From: Candidatus Heimdallarchaeota archaeon
Lineage (GTDB): Archaea > Asgardarchaeota > Heimdallarchaeia > Heimdallarchaeales > Heimdallarchaeaceae
DNA: 64,000 nt
Reading direction: 5' to 3'
NCBI GenBank assembly: GCA_030603365.1
Contig: JAUVXV010000003.1
Coordinates: 192,001-256,000, forward strand
Shown: positions 1 through 10,905 of the stretch, in pieces
How positions within the stretch are numbered: the stretch's first letter is position 1
Layout of the letters: the number at the start of each line of letters is the position of its first letter
The notes under the pieces: generated by a model
The model's database searches: none
Told to the model about the DNA's origin: nothing
What the model saw: the letters and a program-made list of their open reading frames with translations, nothing else
Made by a program: the position numbers and the translations under genes

Positions 1-1203
1 TTTATGAAAGCAAAAAGACCACTAGTATGGCTTGGTGGTGGTGTAGTTACATCTAGTGCTTTTGAAGAAGTTAAAGAAATTGCCGAATTTACTGGATCTC
101 CAGTTCTTACATCTATGATGGCTAAAGATGCATTTCCAAATGACCACCCTCTTTATGGTTGGGCAACAGGTTCCAAAGGAACAAAAATTGGTGTTGCACT
201 TAGTAGAAAAGCTGATGTAGTTTTAGCAGTAGGAACCCGTTTTGCGGATGAATCTACATGTTCATATAGAAAAGGAATTGCTTGGAATTTTGGTAAAGAG
301 AAGGATGATACCCGATTAATTCATATTGATATCGATCCCAATGAGATAGGTAAGAATTACCCGACAGATATTGGAATAGTGGGAGATGCAAAAGCAGTAT
401 TAAATGATTTTTTGGGGATTTTGAAGAAGAAATTTGCTCCTGTTAATTACATAGAAACAGAGTATTTCAAAGAGATCCATCAACTAAAAGAGGAATGGTT
501 CAAATTCTTGTCTGATTGGCGAATTCCTCAACTTGAACCAGTCATGATTTCCTGCGTTCTTAAAGAAGTAAGAGATTTTCTAAAAAGGGATGCAATAATA
601 GTTACAAGTTCTGGAAATGTCCAAGCACAGATGATTCAAGAACTTGAATTCTATGAACCTCATACATGTATAACAGCTGGGGGTTTCTCAACTATGGGAT
701 ACACTCTTCCAGCAACAATAGGAGCTAAACTAGGGAAGCCAAACAAGCAGGTAATCGGATTAGTAGGAGACGGAGATTTCATGATGACTATGCAAGAGTT
801 ACACACCGCAAAGCAATTGGGGTTGAATGTAGTCATTGTGGTTCTCAATAATGCAGGTTGGATAGCAATAACTGATCTTCAACGAGCAGTACTTGGGGAA
901 GATAGAGGATTTGCAACCGAGTTTAAGGATTCTAAGGGAGAAACATACACACCTCACTTTGCAGACATTGCCAAAGGCTTTGGATGTTGGTCAACTAGAA
1001 TCTCAAAAAATGATCAAATAAAGCCTGCCTTACAAATGGCATTCAAACAAAAAGGACCTGCAGTTGTTGAGATAATGGTTAACAGAGATCCCAAATATAC
1101 AGGTTCTCCAGCTTGGGGTTGGTGGGATGTTCCTATTCCAGCTTATATGACAAATAAGAGAGTAAAATATCTAGAACAACGTCAATCTGAAGACTTAAGC
1201 TAA
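1..1203 (+). CDS. ThDP-dependent enzyme, acetolactate synthase-like (5' truncated by window edge)
   Basis: ThDP-binding motif GDGDFMM...NNAGW; central domain ADVVLAVGTRF...IHIDIDPNEIGKN; N-terminal Pyr domain missing and frame open at the window start. Confidence 0.88.
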   Translation, partial: FMKAKRPLVWLGGGVVTSSAFEEVKEIAEFTGSPVLTSMMAKDAFPNDHPLYGWATGSKGTKIGVALSRKADVVLAVGTRFADESTCSYRKGIAWNFGKEKDDTRLIHIDIDPNEIGKNYPTDIGIVGDAKAVLNDFLGILKKKFAPVNYIETEYFKEIHQLKEEWFKFLSDWRIPQLEPVMISCVLKEVRDFLKRDAIIVTSSGNVQAQMIQELEFYEPHTCITAGGFSTMGYTLPATIGAKLGKPNKQVIGLVGDGDFMMTMQELHTAKQLGLNVVIVVLNNAGWIAITDLQRAVLGEDRGFATEFKDSKGETYTPHFADIAKGFGCWSTRISKNDQIKPALQMAFKQKGPAVVEIMVNRDPKYTGSPAWGWWDVPIPAYMTNKRVKYLEQRQSEDLS

Positions 1204-1250
1204 AACACTATTTTTGTTTAAAACACAAAAAAGAAAAAGAAAAAATCGGT

Positions 1251-4200
1251 TTATGGAACAAGAGTTCCAAACCAACTAAGTATATTATCAACTAAGATTT
1301 TCCCATCATGAAAACCATTATTCCAAATACCAGCAGCTGTAGTTAGACCATACATGTTTTTGTAATCTGAGAAAATGGCTTCTCCAGAGACAATGACATA
1401 TTTGTTATCTCCAAAGTCCTCAATTACAATCATTGGATAAATTCCAAGAATACCGTACGATGAATAATAATCTAAGATATTTGGAGAACCATCTTGATTT
1501 ACAGCGTATGAATACATACTTGATGCCATAATTATTTCAATCCCATCCAAATAATCATTGTAGACCAGATCAATAACTGCTCCATCTATATAACCAAGAA
1601 CATTAGAGGGACCGTGCATGATAATACTTGAGACTCCTGTTGTGAATATAGAATTCAAAGCTCCATCTGAAAATGGATAGTTGACTGCTACTCGATATGG
1701 CATACCATCATTTCTGACATCATCCATGACAGCATCTGAAGATAGTCTTAATCTTGATCCAATTGTTGAAAGAATTTCATTGTTGTATATCGGATCAAAT
1801 TGTCCGTCGTAGTCCGAATCACCTGCTACCCAGAGTAATCTTGGTCCAATATCATAGAACCAGTTATAAATGTCATCTAATTCTCCAGTTGAAAAATCCG
1901 TAGTTGAAGCCGAAATCAGTAATACATCTGTTTCTGGTTGAATACTAAAACTACCATCTATGATAAAGAAATTAGATCCACATGCAATCAGATTCTTTTC
2001 AAGGAATACTGCTTCGTGTTCGGCAACAGCCATTCCATGGCTATAATCGATAGAGACATCAAGATTTGATGGCAAACCATCTGAATATACGTAAAGAGTT
2101 TCAGTCTTCTCATAAAAGTCTCCATCTCCTTCGTACCATCCAAATGTTACTTCATACATACCTGGTAGGAAGTGGTATTCTTCAAAAACATGGTAAAACC
2201 AGAGATAATAATTGCTTGGATCTCCAAATTCATCATATACTATTTCTAGTTTTTGATCTAACTCTATCTCATAACCATCTATATCCATATAGACTTCATA
2301 AGGTATCGAATCATAGAATTCTTCATTACCAAAATTATCTGAGCTAAATCCCCATCCATGTCTTATAAAACTACTTTTAGAATTGAAGATTCCCAAAGTA
2401 TCAGGCCGGAACATGTTTAGCCGATGACCATCTTCAAGAACAGTGAGTGTTTCAGTAATCTCATATTGAACTACTCCGTTTACATCAGTCCATCTCATTG
2501 TTAAAAAGTAATGTCCAGGTTCAAAGTAATATGCATCAAAGTTTTGATAAAATAGATATCTGTAATAAACTGGGTTTCCATACTCATCATAGTCGATTTC
2601 AAGTTTCTGGTACAGGTCGATTTCATCTACACCTATGAATAATTGAACATCATAGGGCATTTCATCATAAAACCCTGGTTCATTAATATGTTCTGGCGAA
2701 AATCCTATACCGTGCTGAATATAACTTCTTTCTAATGCTGTAATTGTCAGTGATTGAGGATTAAATAGTGATAGTCTATGACTTTCTCTTAATACTACTA
2801 ATGGATGAGAATGAGTTAGTGATTCCAATAATGAACTCCAAACTCCAGTTATATCATAAATACCCGGGGCAAAGTAATTGGCATCAAAGTTCTGATAGAA
2901 GAGCAAACGATATCTGGTAGGATTACCATACTCATCATAATCTGTTTCAAGCTTTTGAAATAAATCGATTTCCTGATCATCTATATATAGTTCAAAATCA
3001 AATGACCCTTCGTAAAAGCTAACATCTTCGATATCCTCTGGTGACCAACTCCAACCATGTCGGATATAACTCCTTTCTGAAGTAGTAATTATCAGAGATT
3101 CTTCATTAACCCCTCCAGTGCTAGCATAGAGGTTTAATCGATGTGGATCCTCAAGAACTGTTAAAGGATGTTGTAGAGTAAGATATGTCTCTGAACCAAC
3201 ACTCCAGACTACTGTCCAGTTGTAGACTCCAGGGGCAAAGTAACCATTATCAAAATAATAATAGAATAACCAGAGATAACTGGTAGGATTATCAAATTCA
3301 TCATAGATAATTTCAAGTTTCTGATATAAATCGATTTCCTGGTCATCAATATATAGCTGTACATTATATGGTAATTCTTCGTAAAAGCTAACATCTTCGA
3401 TATCCTCTGGTGACCAACTCCAACCATGTCGGATATAACTCCTTTCTGAAGTTGTAATTGTCATAGAACCTGGATCATTCCACACTTTTATTCTATGGGG
3501 ATCATTTAGAACTATCAAAGGATATGAACCGCACCAAACTTCTCCTGTTACATCGCTCCAAACTACTGTCCAATTGTAAACACCTGGGGCAAAGTAACCA
3601 GCATCAAAGTACTGGTAAAAGAGTACATCGTAAATATTTTCTCCTTTTTCTTCTTTAATAGAATATAATTTAATTTCTTCTCCATCAAGCAAAACCTGTA
3701 CATTCAAAGGTTCTAGATTAGTTATATCTTCATCAGTAAGTCCTGTCCATCCATGTTTAACATAACTTCGTTCATTAGATGAAATTATCATAGAATCATG
3801 AGCAAATACACCTATACGGTGAGGATCAGTAAGTACAGTTAAGGGATGAGATTGGTACCAAACTTCTCCTGTTACATCGCTCCAAACAACAGTCCAATTA
3901 TAGATACCAGGAGTGAAATAATTTGTTTCAAAAGTTTGATAGAACCACACATTGTATGTCTTATCTTGGCCTAAACCAACTTTTTCTTTACAATTATCTA
4001 ACTCGATTTCTATACCATCTAAATATACTTTGACTTCAAAGGGTTCTAAGTCTTTCAATTCTTGTTTAGTTAATCCAACCCATCCATGAAGAACATGGCT
4101 AGCTTCAGAAGTTGTGAAAGACATTGTTTCATGATTATAGACCCTGATGAGGTGTCCTTTATAACCATCTCTGATGTCTGTAAATTCCCCAGGTAAAGCA

Positions 4201-4289
4201 TTGCTTTCGTTAACTTGCGGAACTAGTATCAGTAATGTTACAAGTAGCATTAGTATGATGGGGAGAGTTTTTAATTTGTTAATTTTCAT
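1251..4289 (-). CDS. Secreted/surface protein with six tandem ~105-120 aa beta-rich repeats and a C-terminal GIFT/DUF4350-like domain
   Basis: Signal peptide MKINKLKTLPIILMLLVTLLILV; repeat unit HR...SERSYIRHGW...LYID..EIDL...FYQ.F...YF.PG.Y; C-terminal DYSHG...LWVAGDSD...IVSGEAIFSD. Confidence 0.75.
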   Translation of the reverse strand: MKINKLKTLPIILMLLVTLLILVPQVNESNALPGEFTDIRDGYKGHLIRVYNHETMSFTTSEASHVLHGWVGLTKQELKDLEPFEVKVYLDGIEIELDNCKEKVGLGQDKTYNVWFYQTFETNYFTPGIYNWTVVWSDVTGEVWYQSHPLTVLTDPHRIGVFAHDSMIISSNERSYVKHGWTGLTDEDITNLEPLNVQVLLDGEEIKLYSIKEEKGENIYDVLFYQYFDAGYFAPGVYNWTVVWSDVTGEVWCGSYPLIVLNDPHRIKVWNDPGSMTITTSERSYIRHGWSWSPEDIEDVSFYEELPYNVQLYIDDQEIDLYQKLEIIYDEFDNPTSYLWLFYYYFDNGYFAPGVYNWTVVWSVGSETYLTLQHPLTVLEDPHRLNLYASTGGVNEESLIITTSERSYIRHGWSWSPEDIEDVSFYEGSFDFELYIDDQEIDLFQKLETDYDEYGNPTRYRLLFYQNFDANYFAPGIYDITGVWSSLLESLTHSHPLVVLRESHRLSLFNPQSLTITALERSYIQHGIGFSPEHINEPGFYDEMPYDVQLFIGVDEIDLYQKLEIDYDEYGNPVYYRYLFYQNFDAYYFEPGHYFLTMRWTDVNGVVQYEITETLTVLEDGHRLNMFRPDTLGIFNSKSSFIRHGWGFSSDNFGNEEFYDSIPYEVYMDIDGYEIELDQKLEIVYDEFGDPSNYYLWFYHVFEEYHFLPGMYEVTFGWYEGDGDFYEKTETLYVYSDGLPSNLDVSIDYSHGMAVAEHEAVFLEKNLIACGSNFFIIDGSFSIQPETDVLLISASTTDFSTGELDDIYNWFYDIGPRLLWVAGDSDYDGQFDPIYNNEILSTIGSRLRLSSDAVMDDVRNDGMPYRVAVNYPFSDGALNSIFTTGVSSIIMHGPSNVLGYIDGAVIDLVYNDYLDGIEIIMASSMYSYAVNQDGSPNILDYYSSYGILGIYPMIVIEDFGDNKYVIVSGEAIFSDYKNMYGLTTAAGIWNNGFHDGKILVDNILSWFGTLVP
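3008..3452. repeat. Identical 76-bp direct repeat (3008-3083 and 3377-3452) inside the repeat-protein gene
   Basis: cttcgtaaaagctaacatcttcgatatcctctggtgaccaactccaaccatgtcggatataactcctttctgaagt occurs twice, 369 bp apart. Confidence 0.9.
3533..3887. repeat. 31-bp direct repeat (3533-3563 and 3857-3887)
   Basis: accaaacttctcctgttacatcgctccaaac occurs twice and encodes VWSDVTGEVW in repeats 1 and 2. Confidence 0.85.
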
Positions 4290-4568
4290 TTTTTATCTCC
4301 TACAAACTAATTTTCTTATATTGATGAAAAATAATCAAATTTACTCAATTTGAACTAAATTTCTTCAATCTTACAAATAACCCTATACCATTTAATAAAC
4401 TTTGTGCGTTATATATTACATACATAAATTCCATGCTTCGTTATCTCATGGTCTTTGAAGTAAAAAATAGTCTAAAAAAGTTGGAACAGCTAATTAAAAA
4501 TTAAAATTTCTCTCAGAATTGACATAAATCCAATAAAGTTTTTATTTTAGCCTTCAACAAGCAACTGT

Positions 4569-5984
4569 ATGGAACAAGAAAAAGAGAAATCTAAAAGAGT
4601 TGTTCCTCTAAAATTCAACTTAGCATTTGCAACTGGTGAAATAACAGATGCAGTAGCATATCAAGGATTTTCTTTTCTAATATTCAATTTCTACTATTTT
4701 GTAATAAATATGGATGTTGCATATTTAACAATTCTTTATGTGCTTTGGTCAATATACAATGCTTTCAACGATCCAATTTTAGGGGGATTATCAGACAAAA
4801 CTCGAACTAAAAAACTTGGGGGAGGACGTAGACGACCTTGGATGATAGCTGCTTGGGTACCTTTATCCCTAATAATGTTCTTTCTTTTCACACCATTTGC
4901 CACTTTCGATCAGAACCCTGTATGGGTTTCAATATACTTCTTTGTAATAATCTGTTTATTCGATACAATCTATACTGCATTTTCATTGAATAGAACATCA
5001 CTATATCCTGAAATGTTCAGAACTAATAAAGAAAGAGAAGAAGCTGGTACTGCTAGGAGAATAATGATGATTGTTGGTTTAGTCCTTGCAATGGGTTTAC
5101 CAACCTTTATTGTAGGAGATCTATCTAATCCAGCGAATTTATACAGATATTGGATTGCAGGAGCAGCTCTTGGGGTTATAGTCTTCATAACTGCATGGAT
5201 TAATATAAAGTGGGGTGTAAAAGAACCCCCACTAGAAGAACTTGAAGAAAAAGAAACCACTGGTGTTTTCAAATCAATTTGGATTACTCTGAAAAATTGG
5301 AAATTTGTTGTCTTCGTACTTTGTTCGATGATGAATTGGTATGTTTTTGCCCTTTTTCCAATGGTTATGAATATTTACAATAAATTTATTCTTGCTCAAC
5401 CATGGATGGGTGAAAATGAAAGTCTCTTTGCAGCGATACTCTTACTTGTCGCTTTTCTATTTTCAGGTGTAGGTGTTCTTATCTGGTCTAAAATAGATAG
5501 TTTATTAGGAAGTAAAGTTGGATTCCTCATATCTCAAGCTTTCTGGGTAGCTGTTTTAATTCCGATGTTCTTTGTGAATAATTATTTTGTTGCTCTGGCA
5601 ATAATGGCTTTAAATGGTATTGCACTTGGTGGATCTCCATACTTCATTGATAGGCATATCTCTAATATCGCGGATGAAGATGAATTAAAAACAGGTCAAA
5701 GAAGAGAAGCATCATTTTATGGTGTTCATGCCTTAATCATCCGATTATCAGGAATTTTTGCAATAGTATCAATGTATATAATTCTTGCAACATCTGATTA
5801 TAGTATATGGTCTGATGCAAATGTTGCTAACCCACCAGAAATTGGCTTAAAATCACTAGTTTCTTGGTTTCCAGCAGTTGCTTTGGTTTTAGGTATCATA
5901 TTTCTATTGATTTATCCTTTGAACAAGAAAGAAGTAGATGTACTTCAAAATGTCTACAAAAAGAGTAAAAAAGATGAAAACTAA
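4569..5984 (+). CDS. MFS transporter, GPH (MelB-like) family
   Basis: NAFNDPILGGLSDKTRT...GRRRPW and DEDELKTGQRREASFYG motifs; about 12 hydrophobic segments. Confidence 0.9.
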   Translation: MEQEKEKSKRVVPLKFNLAFATGEITDAVAYQGFSFLIFNFYYFVINMDVAYLTILYVLWSIYNAFNDPILGGLSDKTRTKKLGGGRRRPWMIAAWVPLSLIMFFLFTPFATFDQNPVWVSIYFFVIICLFDTIYTAFSLNRTSLYPEMFRTNKEREEAGTARRIMMIVGLVLAMGLPTFIVGDLSNPANLYRYWIAGAALGVIVFITAWINIKWGVKEPPLEELEEKETTGVFKSIWITLKNWKFVVFVLCSMMNWYVFALFPMVMNIYNKFILAQPWMGENESLFAAILLLVAFLFSGVGVLIWSKIDSLLGSKVGFLISQAFWVAVLIPMFFVNNYFVALAIMALNGIALGGSPYFIDRHISNIADEDELKTGQRREASFYGVHALIIRLSGIFAIVSMYIILATSDYSIWSDANVANPPEIGLKSLVSWFPAVALVLGIIFLLIYPLNKKEVDVLQNVYKKSKKDEN

Positions 5985-5997
5985 AAATAATAAAAAT

Positions 5998-6019
5998 AAG
6001 AAAGATCTAAATCTTTCTT
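5998..6019. terminator. Inverted repeat between convergent genes, possible terminator
   Basis: aagaaagat-ctaa-atctttctt, followed by a T-run at about 6027-6034. Confidence 0.4.
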
Positions 6020-6032
6020 TAACTCATTTTTT

Positions 6033-7034
6033 TTAATGTTGCTTGGTTTTTAATCCTTGAAGATATTCAATCGCACCTAAGGCTGCAATTGTACCAAGAC
6101 CAGTAGAGGTGGTTATCTGTCTCATGAGTGGATTAACGATTTTGCTGGTTACATCACCTGCTGCAAAAACTCCCGCAACATTTGTTCTGCAATCATCATC
6201 AATCTTCATCAGCCCTTCTTCAAGTTCAACACCTAAAGCAACAGCTAGTTCAACATTTGGAATAGCACCTATTTCAGCGAAAACTCCATCTACTTTAAGA
6301 GAAGTACCATCACTAAAGAGCACCTCTTCAATGGTGTTTGTACCTTTTATTTCAGCAATTTGCTTGTTATAGAGAATAGTAATGTTTTCTCGGTCTTTGG
6401 CTCTATCAATATAGATTTTTTCACATTTCAAATAATCTGATCTGGAAGTCCAGTAAATTCTTTTTGAACCTACATCACTTAAGGCTAATGAACCTGTAGC
6501 AGCTGCATCACCTGATCCTGCTACAACTACGGTTTTTTCTTTGAAAAATGCAGCATCACAAGTAGCACAATATGACATCCCCCTACCTATGAATTCCTTT
6601 TCTCCAGGAACCCCTAATTCTCTGTGTCTTCCACCTGTTGCCAAAATGATAGCTTTGACAATAAATTCTCCCATATCACTTTTAATATGAAAACGACCAT
6701 CATCAACCTTATCAATAGTTGCTACTTCACCATAAACTACCTTGGTGCCGAATTTTTCAACTTGAGCTTTCATTTTATCAGCGAGCTCTATACCTGATAT
6801 CATTTCAAATCCAGGATAGTTTTCAATTTCCATAGCTAATCCCATTTGACCCCCATATTCAAGTCCAAGTTCAATAACTGAAATACCAGATCTGGATGCA
6901 TACAAAGCTGCTGTTAAGCCAGCAGGACCTAAACCTATGATTCCAAGGTCTTTCTCAATAGGACCAGATTTTACGTCTTTTTCCTCTTCTTCTTCTAAAT
7001 CTTCTGTTGGACCTAGTAATAACATATTTATCAT
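6033..7034 (-). CDS. trxB: Thioredoxin-disulfide reductase
   Basis: GLGPAGLTAALY FAD motif; SYCATCD redox CxxC; TNVAGVFAAGDVT. Confidence 0.92.
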   Translation of the reverse strand: MINMLLLGPTEDLEEEEEKDVKSGPIEKDLGIIGLGPAGLTAALYASRSGISVIELGLEYGGQMGLAMEIENYPGFEMISGIELADKMKAQVEKFGTKVVYGEVATIDKVDDGRFHIKSDMGEFIVKAIILATGGRHRELGVPGEKEFIGRGMSYCATCDAAFFKEKTVVVAGSGDAAATGSLALSDVGSKRIYWTSRSDYLKCEKIYIDRAKDRENITILYNKQIAEIKGTNTIEEVLFSDGTSLKVDGVFAEIGAIPNVELAVALGVELEEGLMKIDDDCRTNVAGVFAAGDVTSKIVNPLMRQITTSTGLGTIAALGAIEYLQGLKTKQH

Positions 7035-7130
7035 TTATAACAACGTGTTATGTATTAAAAATATTATTCTATTCTAAAATTTAAAAACGTGGAAATGAAA
7101 TTTATATTTTAATACAATAAATCTTACTAA

Positions 7131-7496
7131 TTACCTAACCATTTCTGTTATCATTTTTCCTAATTTGATAATACTAAATGGTTTTTGGATAAAACTTGTT
7201 ACACCTAATTTTCCAGCTTCTTCTTTGACTGTTGGATCAGCTGTGATAAAAAGAACTTTTGATTTTGCTATTAGCTTATACTCCTTTAATTCTTTCAGAG
7301 TGTCAAGCCCATTTTTTATAGGCATTCGGTGATCAAGAATAATAACATCTGGATATTTTTTGAGATTGTTAATCTCTTCAATAGCTTTAGAACCATTATG
7401 AGCTGTTCCAATAATTTTATGGCCTTCCAATGTTAAACCTTCTTTATAGAGGAATTGAATTGTTTCTTCATCATCTATGATATATATGGTTGCCAT
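7131..7496 (-). CDS. Single-domain response regulator (REC)
   Basis: IIDDE, ILDHRMP (phospho-Asp), ITA and KPF motifs. Confidence 0.92.
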   Translation of the reverse strand: MATIYIIDDEETIQFLYKEGLTLEGHKIIGTAHNGSKAIEEINNLKKYPDVIILDHRMPIKNGLDTLKELKEYKLIAKSKVLFITADPTVKEEAGKLGVTSFIQKPFSIIKLGKMITEMVR

Positions 7497-7499
7497 TTT

Positions 7500-9389
7500 T
7501 TACCCTCCTGCTGGTAGTAGGATTACTACTACTGTTCCTTTTGTATGATCATCCGATACACGATTCTCAAAGCGTATTTCTCCAGAATACGAGTTTACTA
7601 TAACCCTAGCCAAATACAATCCTAAACCTGAACCTTCTTGGAAGCGATGATCTCCTCTTGATAATCTCTTGAAAAACATAGGTTTAACATCATCTGGTAT
7701 TCCGATACCATAATCAATAAACCTGATTTCAACCATGTTTTGACCATCGACAGTCATAATTTGACAAGAGATATCAATTTTTGGAATTTCTTCATTAGCA
7801 TATTTTACACTATTGTTTATTACATTTTCAAAAACGTTCTCAAGAAGATCCCCAGCGATTACATTTTCATTCTTTTGGCAATCTAACTTAACATTTATTG
7901 ATTTTGGATGAAAAAGCGTTTTTTGCATTTCTATGGCATTTTCAAGAAGTGGTTTAATATACACTAATCTTCGGATTTTTCTTTCTCTTTGAATTTTAGT
8001 TAATTGTTGAACTGTTTGTAAGATTCTCTCACTCCTCTCAACTACACTAATGCTTCTACTAACATATTCCTTGATTTTTTCAGGTTCGATTGTACCTGTG
8101 GCTTGATCCAATAATTCTAAGTACCCATGAACTGAAGTATTAGCATTAAGGAAATCATGTGAGATAATATCTAATAGGACTGAAACAAATTCTCTTTCTT
8201 CTTCGCTTTCAAGATACAGAAAGTGGTGTTCATAGTTGAGAGAAATTTGGCTGCTGAATGCAGTTATTAAGTCGATATCCTCTGGATAGAAAAGATTCTC
8301 AATTGAGGAACTTAGAAGAATAAAACCAGCTGGGAGTTGATTTAGATGAAGTGCTGCTATTACACATGAGCTAGCTTCCGCGCTAATTTCTGATAAGTTG
8401 TCTTGTAAATATAGAACATTCTCTCCTTTTTTAGCAAGATCTTCTAGAACTTCTTGAGGGTTGAAATTTTTTGAGAAAGTACCTTTCTGTGCTAGAGTTT
8501 CTCCATCAAGAAAAACCAGTCCACCATCAGCATAATAAATCTCAATTAAATCATTAACAACGTTCTCCCAAAAGGAAGAAAGGTCCTTATATCTTGAAAA
8601 TAACGCATATTTGTTTAACACAGAAACAGTAAGTGAGAGCTTCTTTGTAGCTTCAATATTTGTAAAGAAACCAACAGAACCTATAGGATTTCCTGCTTGG
8701 TCATTAAGCAAAGACCCCACAACTCTAAAGGTGTTAGGACGACCTTCTCTATTGATCAAGATTAATTCGTAAGAACTTGAAGGGATATCTGCTTCAGTTC
8801 TTTCACGCAAAGTCTTAATATAAACTTCTCTTGAATCAGGATGAAGAAAATCTGTTACAGATTGATTTTGGATTTCATCGAAAGTATAACCTAGAGAAGC
8901 ACACAACCTATCATTTATGAAAACCGTATGGTCATTTATATCATCAACCCAAAAACCTAATTCACTATGTTTTGTAAGTGTATCAAGGATGGAATTAACT
9001 AGTTCAGGAGATTGTTCAAGCAACGGTTCTGCACTGATGTTTACCCCTACTAGCAGACGAGATTCCTTTCCTTCGAAAGTAATGTCAAATGCAGAGATAC
9101 GGGAAATAGCAACAGTACTATCCTTTCGGATAATTCTTATTTGCATAGAAGTTTCAGGTTTTCCTCCAGATTCGAGAATTTTAATCCTCTCTTGGATTAA
9201 TGCGTGATCATCCTTATGAATAAAATCGAAAAAATTGAGTTTTCCTAAGCTACTGTTTGGGTATCCAGTAGATTCAAAGAATGCTTTGTTGGCATAAACT
9301 ATTTTATAGAAGTCTTGAACAACAATAATTGACATAGGAGTTGAATCAAAGAAATTCTCAAATCCAGAAATCGATTGCTTGCCTGACAT
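7500..9389 (-). CDS. PAS-PAS-GAF sensor histidine kinase
   Basis: Two PAS domains and a GAF-like region; H-box SHDFLN; N-box NVINNSVKY; DYGIGI; GSGLGL. Confidence 0.9.
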   Translation of the reverse strand: MSGKQSISGFENFFDSTPMSIIVVQDFYKIVYANKAFFESTGYPNSSLGKLNFFDFIHKDDHALIQERIKILESGGKPETSMQIRIIRKDSTVAISRISAFDITFEGKESRLLVGVNISAEPLLEQSPELVNSILDTLTKHSELGFWVDDINDHTVFINDRLCASLGYTFDEIQNQSVTDFLHPDSREVYIKTLRERTEADIPSSSYELILINREGRPNTFRVVGSLLNDQAGNPIGSVGFFTNIEATKKLSLTVSVLNKYALFSRYKDLSSFWENVVNDLIEIYYADGGLVFLDGETLAQKGTFSKNFNPQEVLEDLAKKGENVLYLQDNLSEISAEASSCVIAALHLNQLPAGFILLSSSIENLFYPEDIDLITAFSSQISLNYEHHFLYLESEEEREFVSVLLDIISHDFLNANTSVHGYLELLDQATGTIEPEKIKEYVSRSISVVERSERILQTVQQLTKIQRERKIRRLVYIKPLLENAIEMQKTLFHPKSINVKLDCQKNENVIAGDLLENVFENVINNSVKYANEEIPKIDISCQIMTVDGQNMVEIRFIDYGIGIPDDVKPMFFKRLSRGDHRFQEGSGLGLYLARVIVNSYSGEIRFENRVSDDHTKGTVVVILLPAGG

Positions 9390-9534
9390 CCTATTAAAAA
9401 GAGGTAAAAATCCAATATAAGTTCTTTGAAAAAGGCTAATAGGAAAAGCTCTAATTGCTTAAAATAACATCTAGAAAATAGAGCACTTCTGTATAAATCA
9501 GAGAAAATAGAAAGAAAAGGAAAAAAAGGGAGTT

Positions 9535-10905
9535 CTAGATTTTTGGTTTGATGAAACCAGTATCCATCAAATTCTTAGATAAATCACGAGCGTATTTGAT
9601 TTTCTCTTGAGCCATCTTGAGAAGTTCATCTTCGTCCATAATAGTACGAGCAACACCTTGTTCGATGGCTTTCATACCAACCTTAGAGGCTTCATAGGGG
9701 AAAATCTCCCAATCGTCCATGGTTGGAATGACATAATCGTCTCGCAAACCATTCTTAATAGCAATATCGGCGATAGCTTGAGCAGCAGCAACACACATCT
9801 CATCAGTGATGGTAGTAGCATTAACATCAAGAGTACCTCTGAAGATACCAGGAAAACCAAGACTGTTGTTGATCTGATTGTCAAAGTCTGACCTACCAGT
9901 TCCAACTACTTTAGCTCCAGCTTCTTTAGCATCCCAGGGCCAGATTTCTGGCAGCGGATTAGCACAAGCAAAGACAATACTGTCAGAAGCCATTCTAGTA
10001 ATCCATTCTTTCTTGACGGTACCAGGTTCAGATTTAGAAGCGGAGATCATAACATCTGCTCCTTCAGTAGCTTCACCAAAGTCACCAGTCTTACCTTCAG
10101 AATTGGTTTTTTGAGCTAAATCATACTTGAAAGTATCATAGTCTTTTTGCTCAATAATGTCAGGTCTGTCAGATGTAATAATACCTTTAGAATCAGCCAT
10201 TGTAATGTTCTTAAGAGGAACACCAGCAGCTTCGAGAACATAAGCAGTTCGAGTGTTAGCTGCACCAACACCTAGCATAGCAACATTGATTTGATCAAGC
10301 TCCTTACCAACATGCTTAGCTGCACCAATAACACCAGCTACAACAACTGAAGCAGTTCCTTGAGCATCATCATGCCACACTGGGATGGTAATTTCAGGAT
10401 CGTTGCGCAAGGTTTCAAGCACTTTGTAACATTTTGGTTTAGAAATGTCTTCTAGATTTATACCACCAAATGAAGGTTGAATTAACTTTACAAATTTGAT
10501 TATTTCTTCAGCACTTGGTCTTGAATCAGGCAATCCAATGCTTAAAGGAACAGCATCAACACCACCTAGATATTTGAACAACAGAGCCTTTCCTTCCATA
10601 ACTGGTTGACCTGCTGCTGGACCTATATCCCCGAGCCCTAGAACACGAGTCCCATCGCTAACGACTGCAATGGTATTAGCACGATTAGTTTGTCTAAATG
10701 ATTCAGCAGGATCTGCTGCTATTGCTCTACAGCTAGCTGCTACTCCAGGTGTATACCAAACTCCAAAAGCTGAAAAATCCCAAATACTGCATTTAGGTAC
10801 AACTTGTATTTTCCCCTTATAGTAAGGGTGCAATTTCAGTGCATCCTCAGCTGGTTTTTTAGCTTTTGCTAATAATTCTTCTTTAGTAAATGTTTCTTTT
10901 GACAT
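9535..10905 (-). CDS. mae: NAD(P)-dependent malic enzyme
   Basis: YTPGVA, DGTRVLGLGDIG, PVMEGKALLFK, INLEDI, HDDAQGT, NQINNSLGFPGIFRG. Confidence 0.95.
   Translation of the reverse strand: MSKETFTKEELLAKAKKPAEDALKLHPYYKGKIQVVPKCSIWDFSAFGVWYTPGVAASCRAIAADPAESFRQTNRANTIAVVSDGTRVLGLGDIGPAAGQPVMEGKALLFKYLGGVDAVPLSIGLPDSRPSAEEIIKFVKLIQPSFGGINLEDISKPKCYKVLETLRNDPEITIPVWHDDAQGTASVVVAGVIGAAKHVGKELDQINVAMLGVGAANTRTAYVLEAAGVPLKNITMADSKGIITSDRPDIIEQKDYDTFKYDLAQKTNSEGKTGDFGEATEGADVMISASKSEPGTVKKEWITRMASDSIVFACANPLPEIWPWDAKEAGAKVVGTGRSDFDNQINNSLGFPGIFRGTLDVNATTITDEMCVAAAQAIADIAIKNGLRDDYVIPTMDDWEIFPYEASKVGMKAIEQGVARTIMDEDELLKMAQEKIKYARDLSKNLMDTGFIKPKI

Noticed and set aside
3008-3887. DGR template/variable repeat pair or CRISPR array
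   Set aside because: The repeats are in-frame intragenic duplications with no adenine-specific divergence pattern, no reverse transcriptase, no spacer periodicity and no cas genes
6033-7034. Selenoprotein recoding in the thioredoxin reductase
   Set aside because: CATC active site is intact, with no in-frame TGA and no recognisable SECIS
9535-10905. Higher-GC malic enzyme gene as a horizontally acquired island
   Set aside because: Single core gene with no mobility features; biased codons of a highly expressed gene explain it more simply
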